A stretch of 64,000 nt of DNA from an uncultured Actinomycetes bacterium (GTDB taxonomy: Bacteria > Actinomycetota > UBA4738 > HRBIN12): positions 83,440 to 147,439 of the forward strand of contig CAVQKV010000007.1 in NCBI GenBank assembly GCA_963713185.1. The letters are read 5' to 3'. Shown piece after piece: positions 50,462 through 60,443 of the stretch (positions within the stretch are counted from its first letter, which is position 1; every line of letters begins with the position of its first letter). Position numbers and translations under genes: made by a program. The notes beneath the pieces were generated by a model. That model had not been told where the DNA came from and searched no databases. It saw nothing but the letters and a program-made list of their open reading frames with translations.

Positions 50462-51309
50462 CCGCGATCGCGGTCCTCGGTCTCGGCGCGATGGGGCGTG
50501 CGATCGCGGCCCGGTTGCGGGACGCCGGTCACGAGCTCCACGTCTGGAACCGGACGCCCGGCGGCGATGAGGAGCTCGGCGGGGCCGGCGCCCACCTAGC
50601 CGAGACGCCGGCCGACGCCGTTAGGGACGCCGAGGTCGTGATCACGATGCTCACCGATCCGCCGGCGCTCGAGGAGGTGCTGTTCGGACCCGACGGCGCG
50701 GCGTCTGCGATCCCGGAGACGGCCACCCTCATCGAGATGTCGACGGTGGGTCCGACCGCGATCGCGTCGGCCGTCGAGCGGCTCGAGCCGGTCGCGGTGC
50801 TCGACGCACCCGTGCTCGGCAGCGTCCCGTCGGTCGAGACCGGCCGCCTCGTGATCCTCGTCGGCGGTGAACGCGAGGTGTTCGAGCGGCACGCCGACCT
50901 TCTCTCGATCCTCGGGACCACGCTGTACCTGGGGCCATCGGGTTCGGGCGCCTGGCTGAAGCTCGTCAACAACGCGGCATCGATCGCGACGTTGGTGGCG
51001 CTCGGCGAGCTGCTCGCGCTCACCGATCGTGCCGGCCTGCAGACCGACCGCGTCCTCGAAGCCCTGGAAGCCGGACCGCTCGCCTCCCTGATCGAACGCT
51101 GGCGCCCGCGGCTCAAGGGCGAGGACCGGTCCTCCTACTTCCGACTCGCGTTGGCGCGCAAGGATCTCGCGATCGTGTTCGACGAGGCCGAACGCGCGGG
51201 CACCGGGCTCACGGTCGCCGAGACGGCCGCGGCCCGGTGCGACGAGGCGATCGCAGCCGGGCTCGGCGACGAAGACTTCGGTGCGATCGTCCCCTACCTG
51301 CGGAGGTAG
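50458..51309 (+). CDS. NAD(P)-dependent oxidoreductase (HIBADH/6PGDH-like)
   Basis: VTAIAVLGLGAMGRAIAARLRDAGHELHVWNRT.... The GTG start overlaps the RidA stop codon. Confidence 0.8.
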   Translation: MTAIAVLGLGAMGRAIAARLRDAGHELHVWNRTPGGDEELGGAGAHLAETPADAVRDAEVVITMLTDPPALEEVLFGPDGAASAIPETATLIEMSTVGPTAIASAVERLEPVAVLDAPVLGSVPSVETGRLVILVGGEREVFERHADLLSILGTTLYLGPSGSGAWLKLVNNAASIATLVALGELLALTDRAGLQTDRVLEALEAGPLASLIERWRPRLKGEDRSSYFRLALARKDLAIVFDEAERAGTGLTVAETAAARCDEAIAAGLGDEDFGAIVPYLRR

Positions 51310-51345
51310 CGACCGACCGGAGCGCCGGCGCCTACCATCCTCGGC

Positions 51346-52800
51346 GTGAAGTCGACCAGGCAACGCGCCCGCGAGGCCCTCCGCAGCGACGACTTCCGGC
51401 GTCTGTTCTCGATCCGGCTGATCACGCAATCAGGTGACGGGCTGTTCCAGGCGGCGCTCGTCTCCTCCATCGTGTTCAACCCGGAGCAGCAGAACACGAT
51501 CCTCGGGTTCGCGATCGCCACGCTCGTCGTGTCCCTGCCGTTCTCGATCCTCGGCCCGTTCACCGGCGTGTTCATCGACCGGTGGTCTCGCCGGAGGATC
51601 CTCGTCATCGCGCCGCTGCTGCGCGTGGCCCCGATGTGGCTGGTGCTCTTCGATCCGAAGGCCGCGCCGGTGCTGTTCTTCGGCGGCGCGCTCTGGGTGC
51701 TCTCGGTGAACCGCTTCTACCTGGCGACGGCCGTCGCGGTGGTTCCGCGCCTGGTCCCGACCGAGGACCTGCTGATGGCGAACTCGATGGCCACGGTGGG
51801 CGGGACGGTGGCCCTGCTCCTCGGTGTCTTCGTCGGCGGGTGGATGGCCGACCTGGTGGGCGACACGCCTGTGATCGTGCTCGCCGGGGTCGAGTGGCTG
51901 GTCGCGTCGCTCGTGGCGACGCGGATCCGGAGCCCGCTGCGCCCCCACCACGTGCCCGAGGCGCCGGTCCGGGACGAGCTGCGGCGCGTGGCCCGCGAGT
52001 TCGGCGACGGGATCACCCGGTTGACACGAACGCCGCGAGCCCTCGGCCCGATCACGTCGATCACGGTCGACCAGGTCGGGCAGGGTATCGTGCTGGTGCT
52101 GTCGCTGTTCGTGTTCCGCGACCGGTTCGAGGAGGGCGTCGGGTCGTTCTCGAACCTGATCGGTGCGGGGGGCCTCGGGGTTCTCCTCGGCATCCTCACG
52201 GTCGGCAAGCTCGAGGAGCGGCTCCCGAAGGAGCGGATCGTCGCGCGCGCGTTCCTCGCGGGCGGGCTAGTGCTGATCGCCGTCTCGACGTACATCACGG
52301 GGTGGAGCGTCCTGATCGCGAGCTTCGCCGTCGGGCTGACGTTCGCGTGGAAGAAGATCCCGGTCGACACGATGGTCCAGGAGGCGATCCCCGACGGGTA
52401 CCGGGGCCGGGTGTTCGCCGTGTACGACGTCGCCTACAACCTGTCCCGGGTAGTCGCGGCGTTCCTCGCGATCCCGCTCCTGAACGCGTTCGGCGAGGCA
52501 GGGGCGGTGGCGATTGTGGGGGTGGTGTTCATCCTGTGGAGCCCGGTGCTGCCGCGATGGATCGGCCGGATCCCCGAGCTCTCGCTGCGCTTCTACGAGG
52601 GTGCCCGGGCCGAGGAAGAGCCACGCGTGGTCGTGTGGGGCGGGGTCGAGGAGACGGTCGAGGTCGAGCGGCGCTCGCTCGAGGAGACCGACGGCGTGCG
52701 ACGGACGCGCTACCGCCTGCGGATGCTCGACGGCACGACGATCGAGGTCTCCAAGATCGAGCCCGACGGCGCCTGGACGCTCGAGCGCGAGCTCGGTTGA
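51346..52800 (+). CDS. MFS transporter
   Basis: 484 aa. Multiple transmembrane helices. ...GVFIDRWSRRRIL.... Confidence 0.8.
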   Translation: MKSTRQRAREALRSDDFRRLFSIRLITQSGDGLFQAALVSSIVFNPEQQNTILGFAIATLVVSLPFSILGPFTGVFIDRWSRRRILVIAPLLRVAPMWLVLFDPKAAPVLFFGGALWVLSVNRFYLATAVAVVPRLVPTEDLLMANSMATVGGTVALLLGVFVGGWMADLVGDTPVIVLAGVEWLVASLVATRIRSPLRPHHVPEAPVRDELRRVAREFGDGITRLTRTPRALGPITSITVDQVGQGIVLVLSLFVFRDRFEEGVGSFSNLIGAGGLGVLLGILTVGKLEERLPKERIVARAFLAGGLVLIAVSTYITGWSVLIASFAVGLTFAWKKIPVDTMVQEAIPDGYRGRVFAVYDVAYNLSRVVAAFLAIPLLNAFGEAGAVAIVGVVFILWSPVLPRWIGRIPELSLRFYEGARAEEEPRVVVWGGVEETVEVERRSLEETDGVRRTRYRLRMLDGTTIEVSKIEPDGAWTLERELG

Positions 52801-52877
52801 CGCGAGCGATCGCTTGAACGTCATCGAACGCTCGAACCCCCACCGATCGCGAGGCCCGGTGATAGAACAGACCCCTC

Positions 52878-53636
52878 GTGTCGAACGATCCCGCGCGCCC
52901 GCCGACCCCCCCTCCGCCGCCCGACCCGACGGTCCCGTTGCCACCGCGATCACCCGGAGAGCCACCGCACGGGCGCGGTCCCCGAACGTGGATCGTCGTC
53001 GCCCTGCTCGTGGCGGCGGTGGTGCTGGCGGGCGCGATCGCCGCCATCGCGCTCGCCGGGGACGACCAGAAGCAGGCTGAGGGGCCGGCCCACGAGACCG
53101 CCGGCACGCCCTCGCCGACCGGGACCACGGGTTCCTCACCGGAGCCGAGCGGTTCGACGGGTTCGACGGGTTCGACGGGTTCGACGGGTTCGACCGACGA
53201 GAACCCTGGCTGCTCCGGCGCCTCGGCCCCGGCGACCCTCGCGGACGGCATGAACTTCGGGTTCATCGAGGCCGTCGACACCGGTTCGGGCACGATGGCG
53301 TTCGACCTCGCCTGCTTCTACACCGGCGAAGAGGCGAACCAGCAGGCCGCCCAGCGCGGAGACGAGGTCCCCGTCCCCAACGACGTCTATATCGTGAACG
53401 ACAACCCGGCGATCCGGGACGTCCCCGTCGATCCATCGACGGAGCTGCTGCTGATCGACTGGAACGCGTGCTGCGAGACGGCACCCGATGCGGAGCTGAC
53501 CGCGTTCGCGTCCGCGCTCGGCAACAAGCACCTCGTGGAGATCGACGGCTTCCGGTACGCGGGGAGCCTCTCGCCGTACTGGGTGACGATCGAGAACGGA
53601 GAGGTCGTCGTGATCGAGGAACAGTTCCTGCCGTGA
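52878..53636 (+). CDS. hypothetical membrane-anchored protein with a Pro-rich N-terminus and a (GST)n linker
   Basis: MSNDPARPPTPPPPPDPTVPLPP..., transmembrane helix ...IVVALLVAAVVLAGAIAAIALAG, linker ...SGSTGSTGSTGSTGST..., then a Cys-containing C-terminal domain. Confidence 0.55.
   Translation: MSNDPARPPTPPPPPDPTVPLPPRSPGEPPHGRGPRTWIVVALLVAAVVLAGAIAAIALAGDDQKQAEGPAHETAGTPSPTGTTGSSPEPSGSTGSTGSTGSTGSTDENPGCSGASAPATLADGMNFGFIEAVDTGSGTMAFDLACFYTGEEANQQAAQRGDEVPVPNDVYIVNDNPAIRDVPVDPSTELLLIDWNACCETAPDAELTAFASALGNKHLVEIDGFRYAGSLSPYWVTIENGEVVVIEEQFLP
53155..53199. repeat. 9-bp tandem repeat (GGTTCGACG x about 5) encoding (GST)n
   Basis: cggttcgacgggttcgacgggttcgacgggttcgacgggttcgacc is visible directly in the sequence. 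Confidence 0.7.
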
Positions 53637-54418
53637 GGTGGCAGGGCCTCGCCCTCGCGCTCGTGCTCTCGACGATCCTCCCAGCGTGCACGTCGTCGGC
53701 CGGCGCCGAACGTCCACGGACGGACGGGTCGGTCACGCCGGCGCCACGCGCCGAACCGAGCGCGACGCCGTCGCCGGGAGCGAGCCCCGCCGACCAGGTG
53801 TCCGCCGAGCGCTCGGGGTTCCACGGCAAGATCGACGCACTTCCCGCCGCGCTCGGCGCGGCGATGCGCGGGACGACGTGGAAGCCCGGATGCCCCGTGC
53901 CGCTCGGCGATCTCCGGCTCCTGCACTTCAACTACTACGGGTTCGACGGTGTGATCCGTCGCGGGCCGATGGTGGTGAACGCCTCGGTCGCCGATGACGT
54001 GCTGTGGGTCTTCCATCGGCTGTTCGACGCCCGCTTCCCGATCAAGCACGTCGGCCTCTCGACGCCGTTCCACCCCAAGGCGTTCGCCCAGCACCGACGC
54101 ATCACGAGCCACCGCAGCAACACGGCGTCCTTCAACTGTCGCCCGGTGGTGACCGCGCTCGGTCCCGCCAGCGACTACTCCCAGCACGCGTACGGCCTGG
54201 CGATCGACCTCAACCCCTTGCAGAACCCATACGTGACCGCGGATGGATTCGTACGCAACCGGGCGGCCGAGCCCTACACGCCGCGCAGCCGCCACCTCGA
54301 AGGCATGGTCCACGAAGGTGACATCGTGGTTCAGTCCTTCGCCGCGATCGGGTGGGAGTGGGGTGGTAACTGGAGCGGCGACAAGGACTACATGCACTTC
54401 TCCGCTACAGGCACATAG
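53633..54418 (+). CDS. M15-family metallopeptidase (D-Ala-D-Ala carboxypeptidase/VanY-like), lipoprotein
   Basis: Lipobox ILPAC. ...SQHAYGLAIDLNP...WGGNW...DYMHFS. The GTG start overlaps the upstream stop codon. Confidence 0.7.
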   Translation: MRWQGLALALVLSTILPACTSSAGAERPRTDGSVTPAPRAEPSATPSPGASPADQVSAERSGFHGKIDALPAALGAAMRGTTWKPGCPVPLGDLRLLHFNYYGFDGVIRRGPMVVNASVADDVLWVFHRLFDARFPIKHVGLSTPFHPKAFAQHRRITSHRSNTASFNCRPVVTALGPASDYSQHAYGLAIDLNPLQNPYVTADGFVRNRAAEPYTPRSRHLEGMVHEGDIVVQSFAAIGWEWGGNWSGDKDYMHFSATGT

Positions 54419-54458
54419 CTGGTCAGAGGGCACACCTCTGACGATCCCCTCCGGTACG

Positions 54459-55556
54459 TTAGGTGGCGAAGTAGCTCGCCCGCTCACGCTGCGCCGCCGC
54501 GTCGGCCGGGCGGCGCCAGTCCGACTTGACGCGCCAGATGACGTACGTGAACCCGCCGATCGGGATCTGGATCCCGTACGTGAGCGCGCGGAACAACAGG
54601 ACCGCCGCAACGATCGCGGCTTTCTCCTCGCCGCCGAACGCCGTGAGCCCTCCGATGTACCCGAGGTCGATCAGCCCGACCCCTCCCGGGGTGATCGGCA
54701 CCACCGACAGGAGCCGCGAGAACGCGTAGACCGCGAATGCCTCGGCAGTGGAGACCTCCTGCTGGGAAACGCCCATGTTCCGCAACGACAGGAGCAGCAC
54801 GAAGAACAGCGCGACCTGACTGAGCACCGTCGTCCAGCTCAGGCGGAACCATCGGTGTTCGACCAACACGATGGTGTCGCGCCGGAAGCGTGCCGCGCCC
54901 TCGCCCCACGTCGTGATCGGCGGCTTGTGACGGAGGCGTCGGAACCACGACGCGATGCGACCCAGTCGGTTCCCGATCCTCATAGCGAACTCTTCGCTCC
55001 GGAACAGCGCGGCGAACAAGCCGACCGCCACGCTCAGGACGATGACACCGAAGATCGCCGCCAAGATGTAGGTGGTCGTCAGGTGGCCGCTCAGCGCGAG
55101 GAACACGAGCGCCAGCATCGGCAGGGCGAGCTTGGTGAAGATGTTCCAGATGCCGGTCACGCCGACGTACAGCGCCACGCTCGTCCCGCTGAATCCCCAG
55201 GAGTCGAGGATCGCATACGTCAGGCCGATCGCGATCGCGCCGCCCGCCGGGAGGGTGTTCGCGACTGAGGTCGTCGTCTGCGTGAGCACGGCGGCCTTGC
55301 CGATGCCGAGGCCGGGCAGGGCCGCCTGATTCGCCCACCAGTAGGTCACGAGATTGAAGATCGTCGCGGCGACGAGCGACCACGTCTCGATCGGTGTGAG
55401 GGTCTGGATCGCCGCCCACACGTCCCGGTAGTCGGCGAACCTCGGGATCGCCCACCAGAAGATGGCGACCACGATCAGGACGGAGATCGCGTAACCGACG
55501 ATCCGCTTCCAGCCTAGGGGTCTGCGGGTCTGTTCGACCTGGGCCGACGATTCCAT
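54459..55556 (-). CDS. lysylphosphatidylglycerol-synthase-like transmembrane domain protein (flippase-like)
   Basis: 365 aa, about 8 transmembrane helices. Matches the LPG_synthase_TM pattern. Confidence 0.7.
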   Translation of the reverse strand: MESSAQVEQTRRPLGWKRIVGYAISVLIVVAIFWWAIPRFADYRDVWAAIQTLTPIETWSLVAATIFNLVTYWWANQAALPGLGIGKAAVLTQTTTSVANTLPAGGAIAIGLTYAILDSWGFSGTSVALYVGVTGIWNIFTKLALPMLALVFLALSGHLTTTYILAAIFGVIVLSVAVGLFAALFRSEEFAMRIGNRLGRIASWFRRLRHKPPITTWGEGAARFRRDTIVLVEHRWFRLSWTTVLSQVALFFVLLLSLRNMGVSQQEVSTAEAFAVYAFSRLLSVVPITPGGVGLIDLGYIGGLTAFGGEEKAAIVAAVLLFRALTYGIQIPIGGFTYVIWRVKSDWRRPADAAAQRERASYFAT

Positions 55557-55758
55557 CCGACGAGCCTACTCCGGCTGGCGCCGACGGGTGGAAGCCCGCG
55601 GTGCGGTGGGGCAAAGGTGCGACTCGGCCACGAACGGCCCTCGGACCGCGGTCCTTCGCTCGCCTCAGCGCGTTGGGGCAGGCGGCGATGGCCCTCGACG
55701 GAACGTGCACGTCTCGCTCCTGGGGACGTAGCCTCCTGGGGACGTAGCCTCCCGGACC

Positions 55759-56550
55759 GTGCCGCGCGACTGGGACGCCCAGACCTACGACCGGATCGCC
55801 GACCCCCAGTTCCGCTGGGGCGCGGGCGTCGTCGCACGGCTCGAGCTCGAGGGCGACGAGACCGTCCTGGACGCCGGGTGCGGCTCGGGGCGCGTCACCG
55901 AACTGCTCGCCGAACGCCTCCCGGGCGGGCGGGTCGTGGCGCTGGATGGCTCGACGTCGATGCTCGAACAGGCCCGAGGGCGGCTGCTGAGGTTCGGGGA
56001 CCGGATCCGGTTCGTGAGCGCCGACCTGATGCGACCGCTCCCCCTGTCCGAACCCGTGGACGCCGTCCTGTCGACGGCGACGTTCCACTGGATCCCCGAC
56101 CACGACGCGCTGTTCACGCACCTCGCGGCGGCGCTCCGACCGGGAGGGGCGCTCGCCGCCCAGTGCGGCGGCGCCGGGAACCTCGCCACGGTGGTCCGGG
56201 CCCTCGAGGACCTCGGGGCGGACCCGTTCACCGGCAAGGTGTTCGCGACGCCCGAACGCACCTCGGAGCGTCTGCGCGCCACCGGGTTCGTGGGCGTCGA
56301 GTGCTGGCTGCACCGCGCGCCGACGGCGTTCGAGACGCTCGACGCGCTCGAGACCTTCCTGCGGACCGTCGCGTTCGGAGACCACGTCGAGGCGATGACC
56401 GAACGCGAGGCCCGCCACTTCGCGCACGCGGTCGCGGTCCGGTTGCCGCGGCTCGAGCTCGACTACGTGCGCCTCGACATCGCCGCTCGGCGCGGCTCAG
56501 CTGTGGGTCCCGCCCGAAGAGGGCCCCCCGGCTCTGCCTTCCCCACGTAG
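55759..56550 (+). CDS. class I SAM-dependent methyltransferase (Tam-like)
   Basis: ...VLDAGCGSGRVTELLAERLPGGRVVALDGSTSMLEQA.... Confidence 0.8.
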   Translation: MPRDWDAQTYDRIADPQFRWGAGVVARLELEGDETVLDAGCGSGRVTELLAERLPGGRVVALDGSTSMLEQARGRLLRFGDRIRFVSADLMRPLPLSEPVDAVLSTATFHWIPDHDALFTHLAAALRPGGALAAQCGGAGNLATVVRALEDLGADPFTGKVFATPERTSERLRATGFVGVECWLHRAPTAFETLDALETFLRTVAFGDHVEAMTEREARHFAHAVAVRLPRLELDYVRLDIAARRGSAVGPARRGPPGSAFPT

Positions 56551-56643
56551 GTGCGGGAACGATACGGGCGGTTGCGGTTCCGAGCCGGGAAGGTGGCCGG
56601 GGTATCTGACGGTCGGATCGAGCGCAGCCAGACAGGGGGAGCC

Positions 56644-57003
56644 ATGGAGATCGGGTTGTGGATCCGGTTCGGGAAGCTCGTGCCTGGTCGGGAGCGTCAG
56701 GCGGTCGAGCTGTTCGAGGAGGGCATGAAGTACTTCCGTGACCTGTACGCGAAGAAGGTCCTCACGTACTTCGAGCCCTACTTCCTGATGACGAGCGACT
56801 ACGAGGCGGAGACGGGGTTCTTCATCCTGAGGGGCCCGGCCCCCGAGATCTTCAAGCTGATGGAGGAGGAGCCCTACCTGCGCCTCATCCAGAAGGCCTT
56901 CGTGCTCGTCGAGCACTTCCAGGTCGACCTACTCACGGTCGGCGAGGGCATCCCCGCACAGCTCGAGCGCGCCGGCAAGGTGCGCGCCGAGCTCGGCATC
57001 TGA
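56644..57003 (+). CDS. hypothetical protein (about 120 aa)
   Basis: MEIGLWIRFGKLVPGRERQAVELFEEGMKYFRDLYAKKVLTYFEPYFLM.... GGGGGAG ribosome-binding site. Confidence 0.45.
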   Translation: MEIGLWIRFGKLVPGRERQAVELFEEGMKYFRDLYAKKVLTYFEPYFLMTSDYEAETGFFILRGPAPEIFKLMEEEPYLRLIQKAFVLVEHFQVDLLTVGEGIPAQLERAGKVRAELGI

Positions 57004-57103
57004 GGACGCCCGCACGGCGGTACCGGTCGGAGCGGGGGGTTGGCCCCGCTCCGACCGGACCAACCGACGATCCTGGTGAGAGGGCCCAACGGCGGCTGCT
57101 CGC

Positions 57104-58378
57104 TCAGGCCGAGACCGGGTGGGCGCGTTCGGCACCCGCTGCATGCGGTTCGAGCCCATCGCCGGCCCGGCGCCTCGAGAGCACCCACAGCCCTACCATC
57201 CCGGTCACGAGCGCGATGACCCCCCCGGCGGCGAACGCGAACCGCGGTCCGAGGTGTTCGCCCACCCATCCCGCGATCGGGGCGCCGAAGGGCGTGGTCC
57301 CCAGGAACACGACCCCGTAGAGGGCCATGACGCGCCCACGCATCTCGGGCCGCGAGGTGAGCTGCAGCGTCGAGTTGGCCGTCACGAAGAACACGATCGA
57401 CGCGACGCCGAGCGGCAGCATCGCGGCCACGGCGACGTCGAGGCTCGGCGCGAGCGCGACGAGCGTCGTCACGATGCCCACGCCGACCGCCGCCGCCGCC
57501 AACGGACGCTCCCCCGGTCTCGGGCGACCGGCCATGAAGAGCGCGCCCGCGAGCGAGCCCACGCCGGCCACCGAGAACAGCAGGGCGAGCGTCGCGGCGT
57601 CACCCTGGAAGGTCCGCTCGGCGAACAGCGGCATCAGCACCGAGTAGTTGAACGTGAACAGGTAGAGCACCGACATGAGCAGGAGCGGCCGTCGGAGCTC
57701 CCCCGTCCGCCAGGCGTAGCGGAGTCCCTCACGGATCGCGCCCGCCTCGCGCGGCGCCCGCTGCGGCCGGAGCTCAACGACGCGCATCGCGAGCAGCGCG
57801 GCGATCACGCCCAGGTACGAGACGGCGTTGAGGAAGAAGCACCACGACAGGCCGACGCCGGCGATCAAGGCTCCGGCCAGCGCCGGGCCGACGATCCTGG
57901 TCCCGGTCATGACGGCGCTGTTCAGGCTCACGGCGTTCGGGAGATCTCGGGCCTCGACCATCTCCGCGAAGAAGCTCTGCCGCGTGGGCTGGTCGATCGA
58001 CGTGGTGATGCCCTGCAACAGCGACAGCGCGTAGACCATCCAGAGCTCGACGACCCCCGTCGCGACGACCGCCCACAGCGCCAACGCGAGGGCGCCGAAC
58101 GTCACCTGCGTGGCGAGCAGGATGCGCCGCTTGTCGTGGCGATCGGCCAGCGAGCCGCCGAGCGGTCCGAGGAGCAAGATGGGGCCGAAGGCGAGCGCGG
58201 TATCGATGCCCAGGGCGACCCCGCTCCCCGTCAGCTGGAGCACCAGCCAGGCCGCCGCCACCATCTGCATCCAGGTGCCGGTGACCGAGATCGCCTGCCC
58301 GATGAAGAACAGGCGGAAGTTCCGCGAATGCCCGAGCGCGTGGAACGTCCGATGCACGACTCGACCGACGGGGGTCAT
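57104..58378 (-). CDS. MFS transporter (EntS/YbdA-like exporter)
   Basis: 424 aa, 12 transmembrane helices. Shares an operon with a MarR regulator. Confidence 0.85.
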   Translation of the reverse strand: MTPVGRVVHRTFHALGHSRNFRLFFIGQAISVTGTWMQMVAAAWLVLQLTGSGVALGIDTALAFGPILLLGPLGGSLADRHDKRRILLATQVTFGALALALWAVVATGVVELWMVYALSLLQGITTSIDQPTRQSFFAEMVEARDLPNAVSLNSAVMTGTRIVGPALAGALIAGVGLSWCFFLNAVSYLGVIAALLAMRVVELRPQRAPREAGAIREGLRYAWRTGELRRPLLLMSVLYLFTFNYSVLMPLFAERTFQGDAATLALLFSVAGVGSLAGALFMAGRPRPGERPLAAAAVGVGIVTTLVALAPSLDVAVAAMLPLGVASIVFFVTANSTLQLTSRPEMRGRVMALYGVVFLGTTPFGAPIAGWVGEHLGPRFAFAAGGVIALVTGMVGLWVLSRRRAGDGLEPHAAGAERAHPVSA

Positions 58379-58839
58379 CGGCGCCCCTCGGCCCGCGGGG
58401 CGGACGGCAGGTCGGTGAGGCGTTCGAGGACGGCCGCAACTTCCTCGAGACGCTGCAGCTCGCGCGGCTCGAGCGATCGGAGGGCCTTCGCGAGGTAGGC
58501 CTCCTTGCGGCGCCGGCTCCGCTCGAGGAGACGACGGCCCTCGGGCGTGACCGTCACCCAGGCCACCCGCCCGTCGGTCGGGTCGGCCTCGCGAACGACC
58601 AGACCGGCCTGGACGAGGGCGGCGACGATGCGGGTCATCGTCGGGGGCTGGACCTGCTCCGCCAGGCAGAGCTCGCGCATCGTGAGCGAGCCGTGGCGCT
58701 CGGCGGACGAAAGCGCCGAGAGCATCGAGGGGGTGACGCCGGCCTCGGCCTCCTGTCGGAGCCTGCGCGCCAGCCGCGTCACACCGAGCCGGAGGCGGGC
58801 GGCCAGGGCGGTGGCGTCGACGGGAGCGATCGTGGGCAC
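58375..58839 (-). CDS. MarR-family transcriptional regulator
   Basis: ...LSALSSAERHGSLTMRELCLAEQVQPPTMTRIVAALVQAGLVVREADPTDGRV.... Confidence 0.85.
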   Translation of the reverse strand: MPTIAPVDATALAARLRLGVTRLARRLRQEAEAGVTPSMLSALSSAERHGSLTMRELCLAEQVQPPTMTRIVAALVQAGLVVREADPTDGRVAWVTVTPEGRRLLERSRRRKEAYLAKALRSLEPRELQRLEEVAAVLERLTDLPSAPRAEGRR

Positions 58840-58902
58840 GCTCCCATGATACTACGCATCGCTAATTAGCCTAGCGAAGGACCTCTCGCCGGACGGGAAC
58901 CG

Positions 58903-59496
58903 TCAGATGAACAGCTGGATCGCGCTCTCCTTCATCTCCAGCAGGGCGGTGGCGGCGCCGATCGGCTCCTCGACGCCGTCGATCAGGTCATCGGCCCCGA
59001 TCCCCATCAGATCCATCGTCATCTGGCAGGGGATCAGCCGCACCCCCATGTCCCGAGCAAGCTCGAGGAGCTCGGTCGGGTGCGGCGTCTTGTAGTCCTC
59101 GGCCACCTTGCCGAGCATCCACGGTCCCATCCCGCCGAAGTTGTACCGGGAGAGCTTCGCCTTGGCGGTGGACCCCGGGTTCATCTGCCCGAGGGCCTTC
59201 GTCATCCAGTCCTTCCCGGTCTTGCGATGGCGCTCAGGCTTCACGAGGGCGAACAGACCCCAGAACGTGAAGAAGACGCTCACCTCCATCCCGGACGCGG
59301 CGGCCGTGGTCGACAGGATGAGGGTCGGCCAGACTCGATCCAGGTGACCGTCCCAGGCGACGATCGTGACCTTGTTCTTCTTGGCGATCCCTGCCTCGAG
59401 CGCGCGCTCGGAGAGCGCCCGCTCGATCAGCTCGCGGATCGCCGTCTCGTCGAGCGCGGGGCCGGCGTCGTCCGTCTCACATGCGGTCTGGGCCAT
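58903..59496 (-). CDS. DsrE/DsrF-like sulfur-relay family protein
   Basis: ...NKVTIVAWDGHLDRVWPTLILSTTAAASGMEVSVFFTFWGL.... The upstream part of the ORF is non-coding. Confidence 0.7.
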   Translation of the reverse strand: MAQTACETDDAGPALDETAIRELIERALSERALEAGIAKKNKVTIVAWDGHLDRVWPTLILSTTAAASGMEVSVFFTFWGLFALVKPERHRKTGKDWMTKALGQMNPGSTAKAKLSRYNFGGMGPWMLGKVAEDYKTPHPTELLELARDMGVRLIPCQMTMDLMGIGADDLIDGVEEPIGAATALLEMKESAIQLFI

Positions 59497-59501
59497 CTCC
59501 C

Positions 59502-59732
59502 TCACACCTTCCGGATCACGTATCGGAAGACGCCCTCGCTCTCGCCAGCTTCGACGAGCTCGTGCCCCGAGAGCTTGGACCACGAAGGGACGTCGGACTT
59601 GGACCCGGGGTCGGTCGCGAGGAGCTCGAGCAGGTCGCCCGGGCGGGCCCGCTTCAGCGCCTGGTGCAGGGCGACGAGTGGCCCGGGGCACGATCGTCCC
59701 CGAGCGTCGACGGTGGCGGTGATGACGTTCAT
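59502..59732 (-). CDS. tusA: TusA/SirA-family sulfurtransferase
   Basis: MNVITATVDARGRSCPGPLVALHQALKRARPGDLLELLATDP. CPxP motif. Confidence 0.8.
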   Translation of the reverse strand: MNVITATVDARGRSCPGPLVALHQALKRARPGDLLELLATDPGSKSDVPSWSKLSGHELVEAGESEGVFRYVIRKV

Positions 59733-59981
59733 CAGGCGGACCTCCTTGGAGGGGGGAACGGAGCGCTCGAGGGTGTGGGTGCCGCGGAGCGGCGGCCTAT
59801 CGGCCGACGCCGGGCACCTCGGGACAGCAGCACCGGTCGGGGATCATCGCCCCCACGAGGCCACGGCAGCGTGTCCGGATCATTGCAGGTGCAAATGCTA
59901 CCGGTGGGATGGGAAATGCCGCAACCGGGGGCCAGGCATCCCTTCCCTCATATCCAGCGAGCAGATCCACCTGAGCCCGGA

Positions 59982-60413
59982 TCAGAGCCACCGGATCCGT
60001 TCCGGGGGCCACCACAGGACCCGGAGCCGACCCCGCACCCGCGCGACCGCGACCGGTCCGAACTCGCGGCTGTCGGTCGAGCGCTCCGGATCGTCCCCCT
60101 CCACCCAGACCGCGTCGACCAACCGGAACCCGTCGGGCGCTACGTCCCCGGGCACGCCGATCACGCGCTTGACGAGGTCGAACCCCGGACGATCGGGATG
60201 CTCGACCACCACGACGTCGCCGCGTCGGACACGTGCGGGCACGACGGCGATCGCCCAGTCCCCCGGCTCGAGCATCGGGCGCATCGACGGGCCCTCCACT
60301 TCGACCCGGAACGGCCGCCAGCGCAGGAACCCGTACGCTGCAGCGGTCGCCGCGAGCAGGCCGGCGAACACCACCTTCCGCGCATCCGGACGCCGGTGGT
60401 AGGTTCGGGTCAC
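59982..60413 (-). CDS. sodX: S26-family signal-peptidase-like protease, Ni-SOD maturation protease SodX
   Basis: ...VEGPSMRPMLEPGDWAIAVV...VVEHPDRPGFDLVKRVIGVPGD.... Divergent, 30 bp from sodN. Confidence 0.7.
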   Translation of the reverse strand: MTRTYHRRPDARKVVFAGLLAATAAAYGFLRWRPFRVEVEGPSMRPMLEPGDWAIAVVPARVRRGDVVVVEHPDRPGFDLVKRVIGVPGDVAPDGFRLVDAVWVEGDDPERSTDSREFGPVAVARVRGRLRVLWWPPERIRWL

Positions 60414-60443
60414 GGAACGCCGACCGTCCGAAGGAGGGAACGC

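Noticed and set aside
53155-53199. Possible CRISPR-like repeat
   Set aside because: 9-bp in-frame tandem repeats with no spacers, inside a coding sequence. Not a CRISPR array.
54484-56427. 647-aa minus-strand ORF
   Set aside because: Shadow frame overlapping the LPG-synthase-like gene and antisense to the methyltransferase.
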